DNA of 64,000 nucleotides, taken from NCBI GenBank assembly GCA_964234715.1, contig OZ174285.1, one strand, 5' to 3'. The notes under the pieces were generated by a model. It made no database searches, had not been told where the DNA came from, and saw nothing but the letters and a program-made list of their open reading frames with translations. Within the stretch, counting starts at the first letter, position 1, and each line of letters opens with the position of its first letter. The position numbers and the translations under genes are program-made. This document shows, piece by piece, positions 52,671 through 64,000 of this stretch. Source of the DNA: Podarcis melisellensis. Its lineage: Eukaryota.

Positions 52671-54991
52671 ATACTTGTGGGAATCACTGCCAGCTCACTG
52701 CAGCTGTAGTGATGGACAGTACACCCCTAGAGGCAGTTGGGGTTCACATCATGGAGTCAGTTTTGACAGCATGGATGGGGATAAAGAAATACACCCATAG
52801 TTCCTATATGAGGCCATTCATATCAGGCTGTCAATCTGAAATTCTAACCCGTTTAAAATGTCTGCACTGTAAACTAAACAGTTCTAAGGTTCATGTTTAG
52901 CTTTACACTGCTGCAGTTAAAGCAGTGTCACAGCAAGTAGAAGGGAGCTCTCTAGCTCCATTGTACTTGACAGAGAGAACAGCATTGTGTCAGTACAATA
53001 ATCCTGAGACTACTCCAGTGATGAGGGGCCTCCATTGTGTCCTCAGCTGTATTGAGCCATGGACTGGGGAGTGATATGTACTTTTGTTGTCGGAAGCAAA
53101 AGTCATGCTGCCAGGGTGGGATTTTGGGGTGGAAATTCAGGGCACCTCTCAGCAGAGAGAGCAGAAGGGTCTGCAAGTGCAGCAGGGCTGGCTTCCCACA
53201 TTTAGAAGTTGGTGAACTAACACACAACACATTCTAAAATGTTTCATTAACCCAGTAAATCTAAAGTCTTAGATTACCAAACTAGGCAGCTCAAAGGATG
53301 AGTCATGTGTTTCTCAGTGCTAAAATCTCAGTACCCTGTTTGCCACTTTTTCAGCATAGATGTTCTTTTGGATACAACTGTAGGAATTTACTATACATTA
53401 ATACTTGTTTATCTTTTGCAGTAATTGTATAGAAGGCCTTTGTGCTACAGATCTGGTCTTTGCTATAACCAGTTTAATATACAAATGGAAATTGAGTTAA
53501 TATTAAAGGATCTGATGTCATATTTTTGTATTATTTTAAAAATGTGAAAAATAAAACACTGAATATGCTCTTTCAGAAGGTCTTTAGCACCATAACTTAT
53601 TTTTGTCTGAAACATGCTAAACAGCAAGAATAATATCAGGGGAAAACATTTATTTTATGTGTGATGGCTGGCAAGAGAGAAATTCATTTATCTTCATTTT
53701 TGTATTTTAAAATCCACATAATTTAGTTCACACTGGAGCACTAAGCTGAATGTTAATAATTTTTCTTTGTCTTCTGCATTAAATTATAGACAGAATGCAT
53801 CCCCCGCCCAATTATTCTCTTGTTTTTAATTCTAAGCCAAACTGTGGCAATTCAGGTACACAGAATCCTTTCCAGCATATGATGTAATACCAGTCTTGCT
53901 TTGCAGATAAGTAATATTTTTCATGGAAAATGTTCCCTGAGGCTAAGAGGTCCACTGAAAGCCCAAACTAGTAAAGTGTCTAGAACTGAGGTTCTCAAAC
54001 TGTGTTCCATGGATCACTAGTCACCTGTGAACTGTATTCAGGTGATCTATGGGAAGGTTGTACAACTGCTAAGAATATCTGTATTTGATTAATTTTTCTC
54101 TCTCGTAATGGAGAATGACTTCACATAACTATGCTTAAAAAGGGGTATATTCATTGCCTTAGAAAGGCAAGGTTGTGAGCTATGAGTTAAATACAGCAGT
54201 GCTTTCAATTGCAGAAGGAAAAAAAGGATAGTGGTCTGCTGAGACTAACAGTTTCAAGTGGTCCATTAAAAAAATGGTTTGATGAACACTGGACTAGAGA
54301 ATCTATTTGAATGTGAGAAACTGAGGTACAAATCCTGGCTGAGTTCTGAAGTTCACAGGATCTTACAGAGCTGTGGAGAAGCTATACAGACTAGACTGGG
54401 GTAGACACTTGAGAGAGGTGTTGAGATCCTAGTTTCTCCTAGTTGGCTCTACAAATTTAGGTGCAATGAGAGTGACCCTAATCTGAAAATGCATTGAATG
54501 AGACCCATTATTGTTTTGATTTATTTCACTTTTGGGGAATTTGCTTTTCTTTAAAAAATGTAGCCATTGGCCTTTGAATAAAAATACTTGGCAATATTTA
54601 TTTGCAGTTCTCTTGTCAGGATGCATTTAAAGGTATCCTTCATGTTTTAGACCTTACAGCTATAACTTTCACTGTTTGTCTAACTTGGAATGAAAAAGCC
54701 TCTGTGACTAGGAAAGTGTCACAACTGCAGTAAAATAACTACATGCATCAGTTAGAAATTCAGAATAGATATAAAGTGTGTATATTGTGTTTTTGGAATT
54801 CTGGTTTTCAGATTTTGCTTTTGATACTTATTTATAAACCCTATCTACTGCTATTTGTACAATGACTGTTCCTGCTTAGAATTCTATTAAGTGCTGTGCA
54901 TTAATCAAAAGGAAATAATGGCTGAACAAACTCAAAAACAAAATGTAGTGAAATATATAAAAATTGTACAAGTGTTTACTTCAACAACAAT

Positions 54992-55137
54992 GAAGGGGTG
55001 TAGCTCAGTGGTAGAGCATGTGCTTAACATATAAAAGGTCCTGGGTAAGTCTGGGAAAGATTCCTTCCTGAAACCCTGGAGAACCACTGCCTGTCTGTAC
55101 TCCTTTAAATTGGTATGTCAGCTTCCCATGTTCCTAA
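54992..55137 (+). mobile_element. Degenerate tRNA-derived SINE
   Basis: Box A gtagctcagtggtagagc; body cctgaaaccctggaga; tail cagcttcccatgttccta. Confidence 0.65.
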
Positions 55138-56069
55138 TGATGAAGTTGTTGAATAGAAGTGATTCTATTAAGATATTTTTGGAGCAAAATATTACTTCTA
55201 CACACAGCACAAACATGTTCCTTGCAGACATGCTTGATTCATAGTAAATGAATCAATACCTGAATATTTACATTAAGTTTTAAAAATAATAATGATGGTG
55301 ACTGCATGTGTTTTCATGGAAAGATACCATATTTGGCACATTGTGAAGAAACAGCATGCACAAAGTTATTATGTGAAAAAATAGCATACACAACAGGCTT
55401 ACAGATCATTTTTGAATGTCTCAGAGGAAGTTTGCTTTAATTTCCCACAAAATAAGGACAGGCAGATGAATGGACAGAAGAATTAATGTCTATAAGTATG
55501 GTGACAAATACATTTAACACTTAGAGATACACAGTGATGCAATTGTAAGTCTCAGAGCTATCAAAAGATAAATACATTTTCCAAGATAGCATGAGCACTG
55601 AGAAGTGAACTGGTACATATTTTAATATAATTCCATAGTGGTAGCCAGACCATGTTAATCTGCTGCAACAAAAGCATACACAAAAAAATGAGTCCCATGG
55701 CACCTGAGCCCTCAAGATGATTTACACCAGCATGTCATGGTTAGGTGAACACGGAGGAAGTTTTGGAGATGTTGGACTTTGTGATACCTATAATGAGTCA
55801 AATGTTTACTCACTGAATATAAGGGAAGTGGTTTTTTTTATTATAATCCTTAAAACTACAGCATGAGCTAGTGTACATGAGAGTATATAGTTATTCTGCG
55901 GTGATAAAAAATAAAATTAAGCAAGCATACTCTTGTTACTCTTTACCTAATTCAGAGAATCAATTAAGAGAATAAACTCTTGCTTTTTAGTTCTCTTGTA
56001 ACAAAATGATTTAGTCACAGCTTCATATGTGTCCAACTATATTTTGAATCTTTCAGTTCTTCACTTCAT

Positions 56070-56860
56070 GATAATAAAAATAAAAATAAAAAATAATAAT
56101 TTTATTGTTTATACTCTGTAGAATAAAGCATCAAACATTAAAAACTTCCCAAGCTGCCTTCAGATGTCTTCTAAAAGTTATGTAGTTTTTTATCCCCATA
56201 ACATCTGAAGGAAGGGCATCATTCCTCAGGGAGGGTTCCCTGTAACTTCGCTTCTCACACTGAGGGAACCAGCAGAACACCCTCAGAGGAGGACCTCAGT
56301 GTCCAGCTTGAATTATGGGGTGGTGATGCTCCTTCAGGTATACTGGGTCGAGGCCATTTAGGGCTTTAAAGGTCAGCACCAACACTTTGAATTGTGCTTG
56401 GAAATATATTGGGAGCCAGTGAAAATCCTTTAGGACCAGTGTTATATGGTCCTGGTGGCCACTCCCAGTCACCAGTCAGCTGCCGCATTCTGGATTAGTT
56501 GTAGTTTCTGAGTCACCTTCAAAGGGAGCCTCACATAGAGTGCATTGTAGTAGTCCAAGTGGGAGATAACCAGAGCAGGGAGATAACCGTGGGCAGGTAG
56601 CATCTAGCTGGTGTACCAGATGGAGCTTGTAGACAGCTGCCTTGGACACAGAATTGACCTGTGCCTCCATGGACAGCTGTGTGACTCCTAGGCTGTGTAC
56701 CTGGTCCTTCAGGGGCACAGTTAACCCATTCAGGACCAGGGAATCCCCCACTCCTGCCCACCCCCTGTCCCCCTGAAACAGTACTTCTTTCTTGTCAGGA
56801 TTCAACCTCAATCCATCCCCCAGCGATCTCCAGACACTCGCACAGGACATTCACTGATTC
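56070..56860 (-). mobile_element. L2-clade LINE 3' fragment
   Basis: Minus ORF with LRLNPDKKEVL, VPLKDQVHSLGV and MEAQVNSVSKAA; A/T-rich tail at about 56070-56100. Confidence 0.8.
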
Positions 56861-57169
56861 TGATTTAAAAGAGAGGTAGAGTTAGGTATCTGACGATATC
56901 AGACAATTCATAGTAAAAGTAGGCATAGTAGTGAGTGGTCAAGCTACCAAACAAGCTTGAAGCAAATATTAAAAACCAAAAATCTTTTGGTAGATCTTGA
57001 TACAGCAAAGGATAACCACAAAACAGTATGTGGAGGTTACAGGTACGCAAATGGAAAGATTTTGACAATACTAGAATTCAGAAAGATGTGAAGGCTTTGT
57101 CTACTATTTAAAGCTTGATCTATCCAAAAGGTTTTGTGTTTAAGTTCAAGTGTTTTCACAAATGCAGTT

Positions 57170-57621
57170 ACAAGCTGGAATGTGTGCAGAGGAGGACAAC
57201 CAAGGTGATTAAGGGTCTGGAAACTAAGCCCGATGAGGAGCGCTTGAAGGATCTGGGTATGTTTAGCCTGGAAAAGAGGAGATACAATGGCCATCTTCAA
57301 GTATCTTAAGGACTGTCACATGGAAGAGGGAACATACTTGTTTTCTCCTGCTCTAGAGGGTAGGACTCAAACCAGTGGCTTCAAGTTACAAGAAAGGAGA
57401 TTTTGACTAAACATTTGGAAAAAACTTTCTGACAGTAAGAGCTGTTTGGCAGTGGAACAGACTCCCTTGAGAAGTGGTGGACTCTCCTTCCTTGGAGGTT
57501 TTAAAGCAGATGTTGGAAGGCCATCTGTCATGGATGTTTTAGCTGAGATTCCTGCATTGCAGGGGATTGGACTAGGTTACCTTTGGGTCCCTTCCAACTC
57601 TAAGATTATTTGATTCTATGA
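57170..57621 (+). mobile_element. CR1 LINE 3' fragment
   Basis: [37 protein letters not shown]; ends gggtcccttccaactc...gattctatga. Confidence 0.92.
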
Positions 57622-58233
57622 ATTGACTTACTATCTGCTGAATAGAAAGGTGAAATTGCATGGATTGACTTCTTGAGCAGCAGCTACTCAGAAAATGTTC
57701 TGTTCCACAAAAAGCTGTAACCTGAAAACTCCCAGTGATAAAACCAAAGGCAATGTTTCAGTACATAGACCATTTTGCAAGGTGTCCAGAAAGTGTAGCA
57801 GGCTAATATATGAGAACTTGTTTGAGAAGAATCTTGTCCTACCCTTTGTTTCATACCATATTGGTTGTACCACATGGTATTCTGGCAAATCTACTTCACT
57901 TTAAGTTGCCCAGATGTTGTTTTAAGCGTAACTGATAACTTCATGAAAAATCTTTGGTGATATGCTTTTTATGATTCTTACATTCACCATCACTCAGACT
58001 ACCTCACAGGATTGCTGTGAGGATAAAATGGGGGTGAGTATGCTTCCTTGAGTTCCTTGGATGAAGAGTGAGGAAATGATAATGTTGGTGTTGCTGACTA
58101 ATTTGTAAGGTATTCCTTCAGTGTTTACTGAGCTGGTAGGCACAATTTTTGGTACGAGGCTAAGATTGAGATAAAGTTGACCTTTGGGGGCTTTGATACA
58201 GATAATAAAGAATATGGAGTAATGCTGCTAAGC

Positions 58234-58359
58234 CAGGGGTTCATAACTGCGTCCGTCCAGATGTTGTTGGACTACACCTCCCATCATCCCTGACTATGCT
58301 GGGGCTGCTGGGAGTTGTGGTACAGAAACATCTGGAGGGCTGCAGTTTTTGTACCCCTG
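58234..58359. mobile_element. Palindromic hAT MITE
   Basis: TIRs caggggt / acccctg; perfect 8-bp TSD TGCTAAGC. Confidence 0.85.
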
Positions 58360-59117
58360 TGCTAAGCTCTCAACCCATTAAATATCAGCAAAAAAGCACA
58401 ACCCAGTATTAAAACTTTCTCTCTGATTTTGAGAACAAACAAGTAGTTCAGAAATGCTCCTTAGATACTATGTAGAAGGGTGAAGGTCTGTAATCTGTAG
58501 GCATGGATATTTCTCTTTACATAGCTTTACAGACTCTTATGTCAATACTGTGTGAGAGATTTCAGTGGCAATCAAAATGTGTAAGATGCAAGTGACTATT
58601 AAAATTATTACATAAGGAGGATGTTACTTACTGTACAGCATCCTGTCAAAGGCTATCACAAAAGTATCTATGGTAAATGGAAGAACTTGATCAGTAGATG
58701 TCAAACATACCTGCTGCCAGGTATTCAGGCCTTGGTTTCATTTTCATTTCCTAAGACAATCTTGCCACCAGTCCATAAATGTGCTACACCAGCATTACAT
58801 AAGAGCAAGATACCAGGCTGTTATAATGAAGCGTTGTCTGGTTTACAGGAAGAGTCTTCTTATCTTCATTGGCTGTGACTAACACTAGGAAGAAAATTTA
58901 AATGCCAAACCTGGGTGATAGTTCCTATAGTTGGTGGGAATATGTGAGAGGGCTTTTAAAGCTGTGACGCCAACTCTGTGGAACTCCCTGTCCTAGGAGA
59001 TCTGAACCAGCCCCCTTTTGATAGTATGTTATGGCCAGATGAATATGTTTATTGTTAAATATTTTCCTCAGCTGTTTCTCTTCCTCGTTATGTTTTTAGC
59101 AGTTAAATGCTGCTTTT

Positions 59118-59607
59118 TTAAAAAGATATTTATTGAAATTTCAAAGGTTATACAAAAAAAGTAATAAAAACAAAACACAACCACAAAAAATGACAAATAT
59201 AAAAAACAAAATACAAAACTAAAAACTATTTAAAAACAAGTAAAGTTTCATTCCCTTATTTTCTTATAACTTACTTCCCCGACCTCCTCATACCTCCCCT
59301 TTTTGTATTCCAATTTCTAATTATTAATTCAGCAAATCCTCTCCCTTAATTTTCATTTAATTTTCAACCTTTCTTTTCTTTTTACTTAATCATTACAGCT
59401 GAAAAAAACCCTTAATTTTCTAAACCAACATCATTCTAACATTCATTAATTTTGCAATATTTCCCAAGATAGTCCTTAAATTTCTTCCAATCTTCTTCCG
59501 CCGTCTCTCTTCCCTGGTCTCGGATTCTGCTAGTCATTTCTGCCAGTCCCATATAGTCTATCACCTTCATCTGCCATTCTTCCAAGGTGGGTAGATCTTG
59601 TGTCTTC
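59118..59607 (-). mobile_element. L1-clade LINE, 5'-truncated, with 18-bp TSD
   Basis: The minus strand reads WKTQDLPTLEEWQMKVIDYMGLAEMTSRIR (L1 ORF2 C-terminus style), followed by a 3'UTR and AATAAA; TSD CAGTTAAATGCTGCTTTT (59100-59117, 59608-59625). Confidence 0.88.
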
Positions 59608-61718
59608 CAGTTAAATGCTGCTTTTGCTGTATTTCAATGGTTTTAAATTTGCTTTGTAAGCTATCTTCAGTTCAGTCCTGTTTTTGAAACAGGTATGATA
59701 TTAATGTAGTCTGGTCACATCTTACGTGCATTTAACTTGTACAATTTAAATTACGTAGCTAGTTGAAATCAAAAGGTGAGGGTGTGTGACCTAACTAAGT
59801 CTGGCAGGACAGTTTACTCTCTGGTCTTAATCCCTTCATGCATTAATTAGAGTTACCAGTAAATATGTTGGTTATATGAGGCGGGAAATATTCCACAGAA
59901 ATTGGCCAGGTTAGTTTGAGCTTTGAGCAGAAAAATTATAAGTTATTTAAATTGGCTCCAGTGAGTAGTCTGGAAGTACCTGCTGTTGTAGTATTCCTTA
60001 TTTTAAGCAGAATGGACCTAATCAGTTTGTTTGATGTGAGAGCTCTATGTAAGAGTATTTTGTATGTTTCATGCATGCATTTTGGGCACAGCTTCTCTTC
60101 ACCAGATGAAACAAATGTAATATACTCAGTAGTAAGCCACACTGCAATTTCTTAAGTTCTTTAAAGATGGGTGCAAAATTTATATTTAGATCTGTTCATT
60201 TAAATGCATTCGGGGCGGGGGGAACCTGCATGGAATTTTGTGGATAGTGTTTAGTTCAAAGTCGGTTGTGTTATTGGCTACTGAAACTCGCTGAGAAGAA
60301 GTAGTTACCAGATGGTGAAATGAAAACCACTTTTTCCTGTTCACCTGATGGCCTAAAACTGGAAGCAGTCAACTCAATTATAATGATGGGACACATACTT
60401 TGCAATGAAGTTGTTATTCCTTTCTCATTCATGGGTGTCTGTGTTTAATGAACCTGACAATCATGACAAAATTGACAAATGAGTGTTGTGGATGGGGCAG
60501 GGGGATTCAGGTGGCAGAGGAGGTGGTGGTAAGGTGAGGCTCAAATTGTTGGAGAAAGTATGTGCTGAAAAATAGGTCTTACAGTTGTGTGTAAAGGAGG
60601 AGGCAAATTGTGTGATTGCAAGTTGTGTAGACTTGCATGTGGAAAAAGAAAAAAGAGTGCTGTTTCTAACCCACAAAAAAGGAAAAAGTAATCCAAATCA
60701 CCCTTGTTAATGCCAGGGTAGTAGTCAACCTGAAATTGGTAGATTCTTGGAACTGTACATAATCTGCATGCCCTATTTAGCTGCAGAGCGCATTGTTCAG
60801 TAGTAAAGAATCCTGATTGCTCCAAATAAGTCTCATATTGAAGACGCTTCCTTTCTTTCTTGGTGGGTTTCATCATTTGCGGATGTTATTTCTGCAGTAC
60901 GACTTGCCAGAGGACTTATTTATTATATTACAATTATTTATATCCCACTTTAAAAATGAATCAAGGATACACAAAGCAGCTTACAAATCTTAAAGGTATT
61001 TACAACAATGAATAAAACACACAAATGCGAAGTCACAATGAAACAAAAAGCAGATGGTATAAAAGCTAGCAGCTTAATGAAAGTGAAGCAATAGTATTTT
61101 GCTTTAATTCAGCAAGCTCAGCTTACAGATCTTGCCTTAATTGCTGGTAGCGTCGTTCAGAAAATATCAGATAAACTAAATTGAGGATTAGAATGCATCA
61201 TAGATTAAAGTCTAGAGCTCAGATTTAAGTACCAGCTGGAAGGGAGAACAGCCTTAAAATTGGTGCCTCCCACGCAAAGTACAAGAGCTGGCAGATGTGA
61301 TTAAAGTGCATTAATATACAAACTATTTGAATTTGGGTTTATTAGTTTGTATAGTTTCTGTAGTTTACAGCTTCTAGTTTATTGCCCCGTTGAACAAAGG
61401 CAGAAAAGCATGGCAGTTTTATGTGGCATTGTTTAAGTATTCATAAAACAGAAGTAGCCGGCTTTCTCACAAGGGGCTGTTTCCGCCCTGCAGTAGAGAA
61501 AGATACTATTTTTCCCAAAATAAATGAGGAAAATCAATTATTCCCACTTTCCTTGAATCCGCCCACCACATACCCCACATCTCTCATATATACGCTTTAC
61601 TTACATGATTTAGTTCCAGCTTGTAGTGGTTGTCCTAATATGTAATTGTTTGATTGACATAAGGTATGTAACAATAGATAGCTGTGAAATACATTAAGCG
61701 TTTAGGAGTATGTTGTGC

Positions 61719-61970
61719 NNNNNNNNNNNNNNNNNNNNNNNNNNNNNNNNNNNNNNNNNNNNNNNNNNNNNNNNNNNNNNNNNNNNNNNNNNNNNNNNNN
61801 NNNNNNNNNNNNNNNNNNNNNNNNNNNNNNNNNNNNNNNNNNNNNNNNNNNNNNNNNNNNNNNNNNNNNNNNNNNNNNNNNNNNNNNNNNNNNNNNNNNN
61901 NNNNNNNNNNNNNNNNNNNNNNNNNNNNNNNNNNNNNNNNNNNNNNNNNNNNNNNNNNNNNNNNNNNNNN
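61719..61970. other. N block, 252 nt (probable masked conserved element)
   Basis: Run of N; unique TAAT-rich flanks. Confidence 0.6.
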
Positions 61971-64000
61971 TGTTATTTTCTCAGGTCTCCTTCTCCTCCT
62001 CTACATTCCTTTAATTAATGCATACATATGGTTCTGAATATATTGTAAACTAGAGCTTGCTCAAACTCTTAATAAAACTCACTTACAGAAAGTGGGGGGA
62101 AATTGCACAATATGTTTTCACCCATATTTTTCTTTTAAAGTGGAACATTACCCCATCTCTCCACACACCCCATGCTACTCCTGATAAGCTGTGTATAAGT
62201 GATGGCTATGGAAATATATAGACAAGTGAAATCTGTTCACATTACTTTATAATCAGAAGTTCCGTCTCAGAACTGTGATGGTTGTTCAGTAGTCACATTG
62301 ATGGCAATCTGACATCCATTCAGTGGTTTTGGCATCTTAAAGATCATCAGAAAATATGTTGCATCTATTAAACCTTCTCTTAGTTTTGATGAGCTGGAAA
62401 AGTATGAAAGAGGGATGGAAATGCCTCATTTTCAAAAGAAGATTATTCTAATATTTAAAAGAGATTATTTTAAAATATTGTTTCCAACCAAGCTGTTCAT
62501 AAAAAGGCCGACAGTACTGAGAATTTACATCTTAAGTAACAATTCCACGCATAAAACTGGAAGAGTTTTTTGAAAGCTGTATCCAACAATCTCAATTGCC
62601 AAGTTACTGTGGGAAGGTTTTCTGTGTGAGCAAAAATGAACAACCTTATGCACTTCATGTGTGCCATGTAGTCATTATTTTCTATTATTATAATTTTATC
62701 ACTTGAAAACAACAATAATAGCACCATCCATATCTGTAGTATCTAAATTTTTGTTACCATTTATATTTCACTTTTATGGTCAAATCCTGTTACTTTATAG
62801 GAATGCTATGCCAGCAGCAGGGGAAACTATCTAACTAGGGATGGAACTTTCAGAAAATCTTGAGCTTATCCACACAGATATATTTTTCTTCTAATTCCCA
62901 TCACCCTCCTTGATCTCAACAAAAGCACTTTTCTTTTACTGGTTCATCATTTTTTCTTTTACTTACATGCATCATTAGTATATTATAACCATATGCACTC
63001 CAGGTTTCCTAAAGTAACCAGCACATAAACAGATTCATTCAGCAATTCACACAGCTGTATAAAAATACTCTTGTATTAATACCTGTAAAATTATGCTGCT
63101 GCAAAAGTCCAGTACTGCACGGGCATGAATCTTTTATATGTATTGTATGCATAATATAAGTTGGGCTTAATAAACAATAACATTGACCAATTCATGAGCA
63201 GCTCAGATTTAAGTAGCTACTTGATGCAAGAGGCAGCCCAATGTAGACTGATGACAGTGATAAGCCCACCACAGAGATTTAAACTTGGGATTCCTACATT
63301 TACAAGGCTAGTCACTGACTCTCACATCCCAGCAGCTTTAGTTTTGGAACTAGGCACATTATCCCATCACTTCCTATTTCCATAGTCTTGACTTGCAAAT
63401 GGATGTTGTCTATGTAGCCTGGTTTTTAGTGAGTAGAGAGGGGCAGTCTAAGGGAAAATGTTGTTTGCCATTTGGTGGGATACTGGCCATGCTCACTGTT
63501 TCTTAAAAAAAGCTTTAGCTTTCTTCTACAAGTTTTTAAACAATGCAAATAAGTAACATTCAAGCAAAAATTAAAAAGGAAGAGATAAAATAGGGAAAGG
63601 GACATGGGTTAATGTATTTTGACTATCTAAATTGGAAATACAAATACATTGGACTGCAACTATGATATATAAATCTCCCGAAGCTGACCAGATGTTATTG
63701 TATTTATCTTCTTTGCACTTTTGTCAATACATTGCCACTTCAAATAAGGACAAGGACAGCAAACCGTTAATCTATTGTTGTATGGAAGGTAAATTCTCCT
63801 TCCAGTGTTGAAGCATAATGCCATGCTCACAGTTATGCTGTATGCACAACTCACCATGAATTTAGGCAAGCTGTCCAAAAAAAAAAAAAAAAAAAAAGGT
63901 GTGCTGGATCTTACCAAGGTTCCATTTAAGTCCAGCATCCTGCTTCCTGCAATGTTCAAATGGATGTCTCCAGTAAACCTAGAAGCAGGACCTGAAAGCA

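Noticed and set aside
53422-53570. Possible terminal exon (ttttgcAG ... AATAAA at 53550-53555), plus weak exon candidates at 33392-33428 and after 61984
   Set aside because: Such signals are common in AT-rich DNA, and there is no independent support without RNA data.
1-64000. Naming the neighbouring developmental gene or lncRNA; CRISPR or other prokaryotic systems
   Set aside because: No diagnostic coding sequence is visible, so any locus name would be a guess. The DNA is vertebrate and shows no repeat-spacer array or operon.

Overview
Vertebrate nuclear DNA from a squamate reptile, most likely a lacertid lizard. This is inferred from two near full-length Sauria SINEs together with CR1, L2, L1, RTE/BovB, Penelope and hAT/Tigger elements. 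No protein-coding gene can be supported: the long ORFs in the track either bridge N blocks or are retrotransposon remnants. The window resembles a genomic regulatory block next to a developmental gene that lies outside the window or is hidden. Four observations point this way. (i) The eight N blocks have lengths of 260, 172, 212, 428, 332, 132, 260 and 252 nt, all 4 mod 8, which suggests deliberate masking, probably of deeply conserved elements, rather than assembly gaps. (ii) A transposon-poor chain of CpG islands runs across 0.9-18 kb. (iii) A CpG-island promoter at about 17.5 kb carries a perfect NRF1 palindrome and a G-quadruplex motif, and appears to drive a + strand spliced, largely non-coding transcript (exon 1 ends at 17672, exon 2 is 23499-23594). 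(iv) The 18-64 kb region is transposon-rich and contains POU/SOX/homeodomain motif clusters near the masked blocks. The locus cannot be named from the sequence alone.
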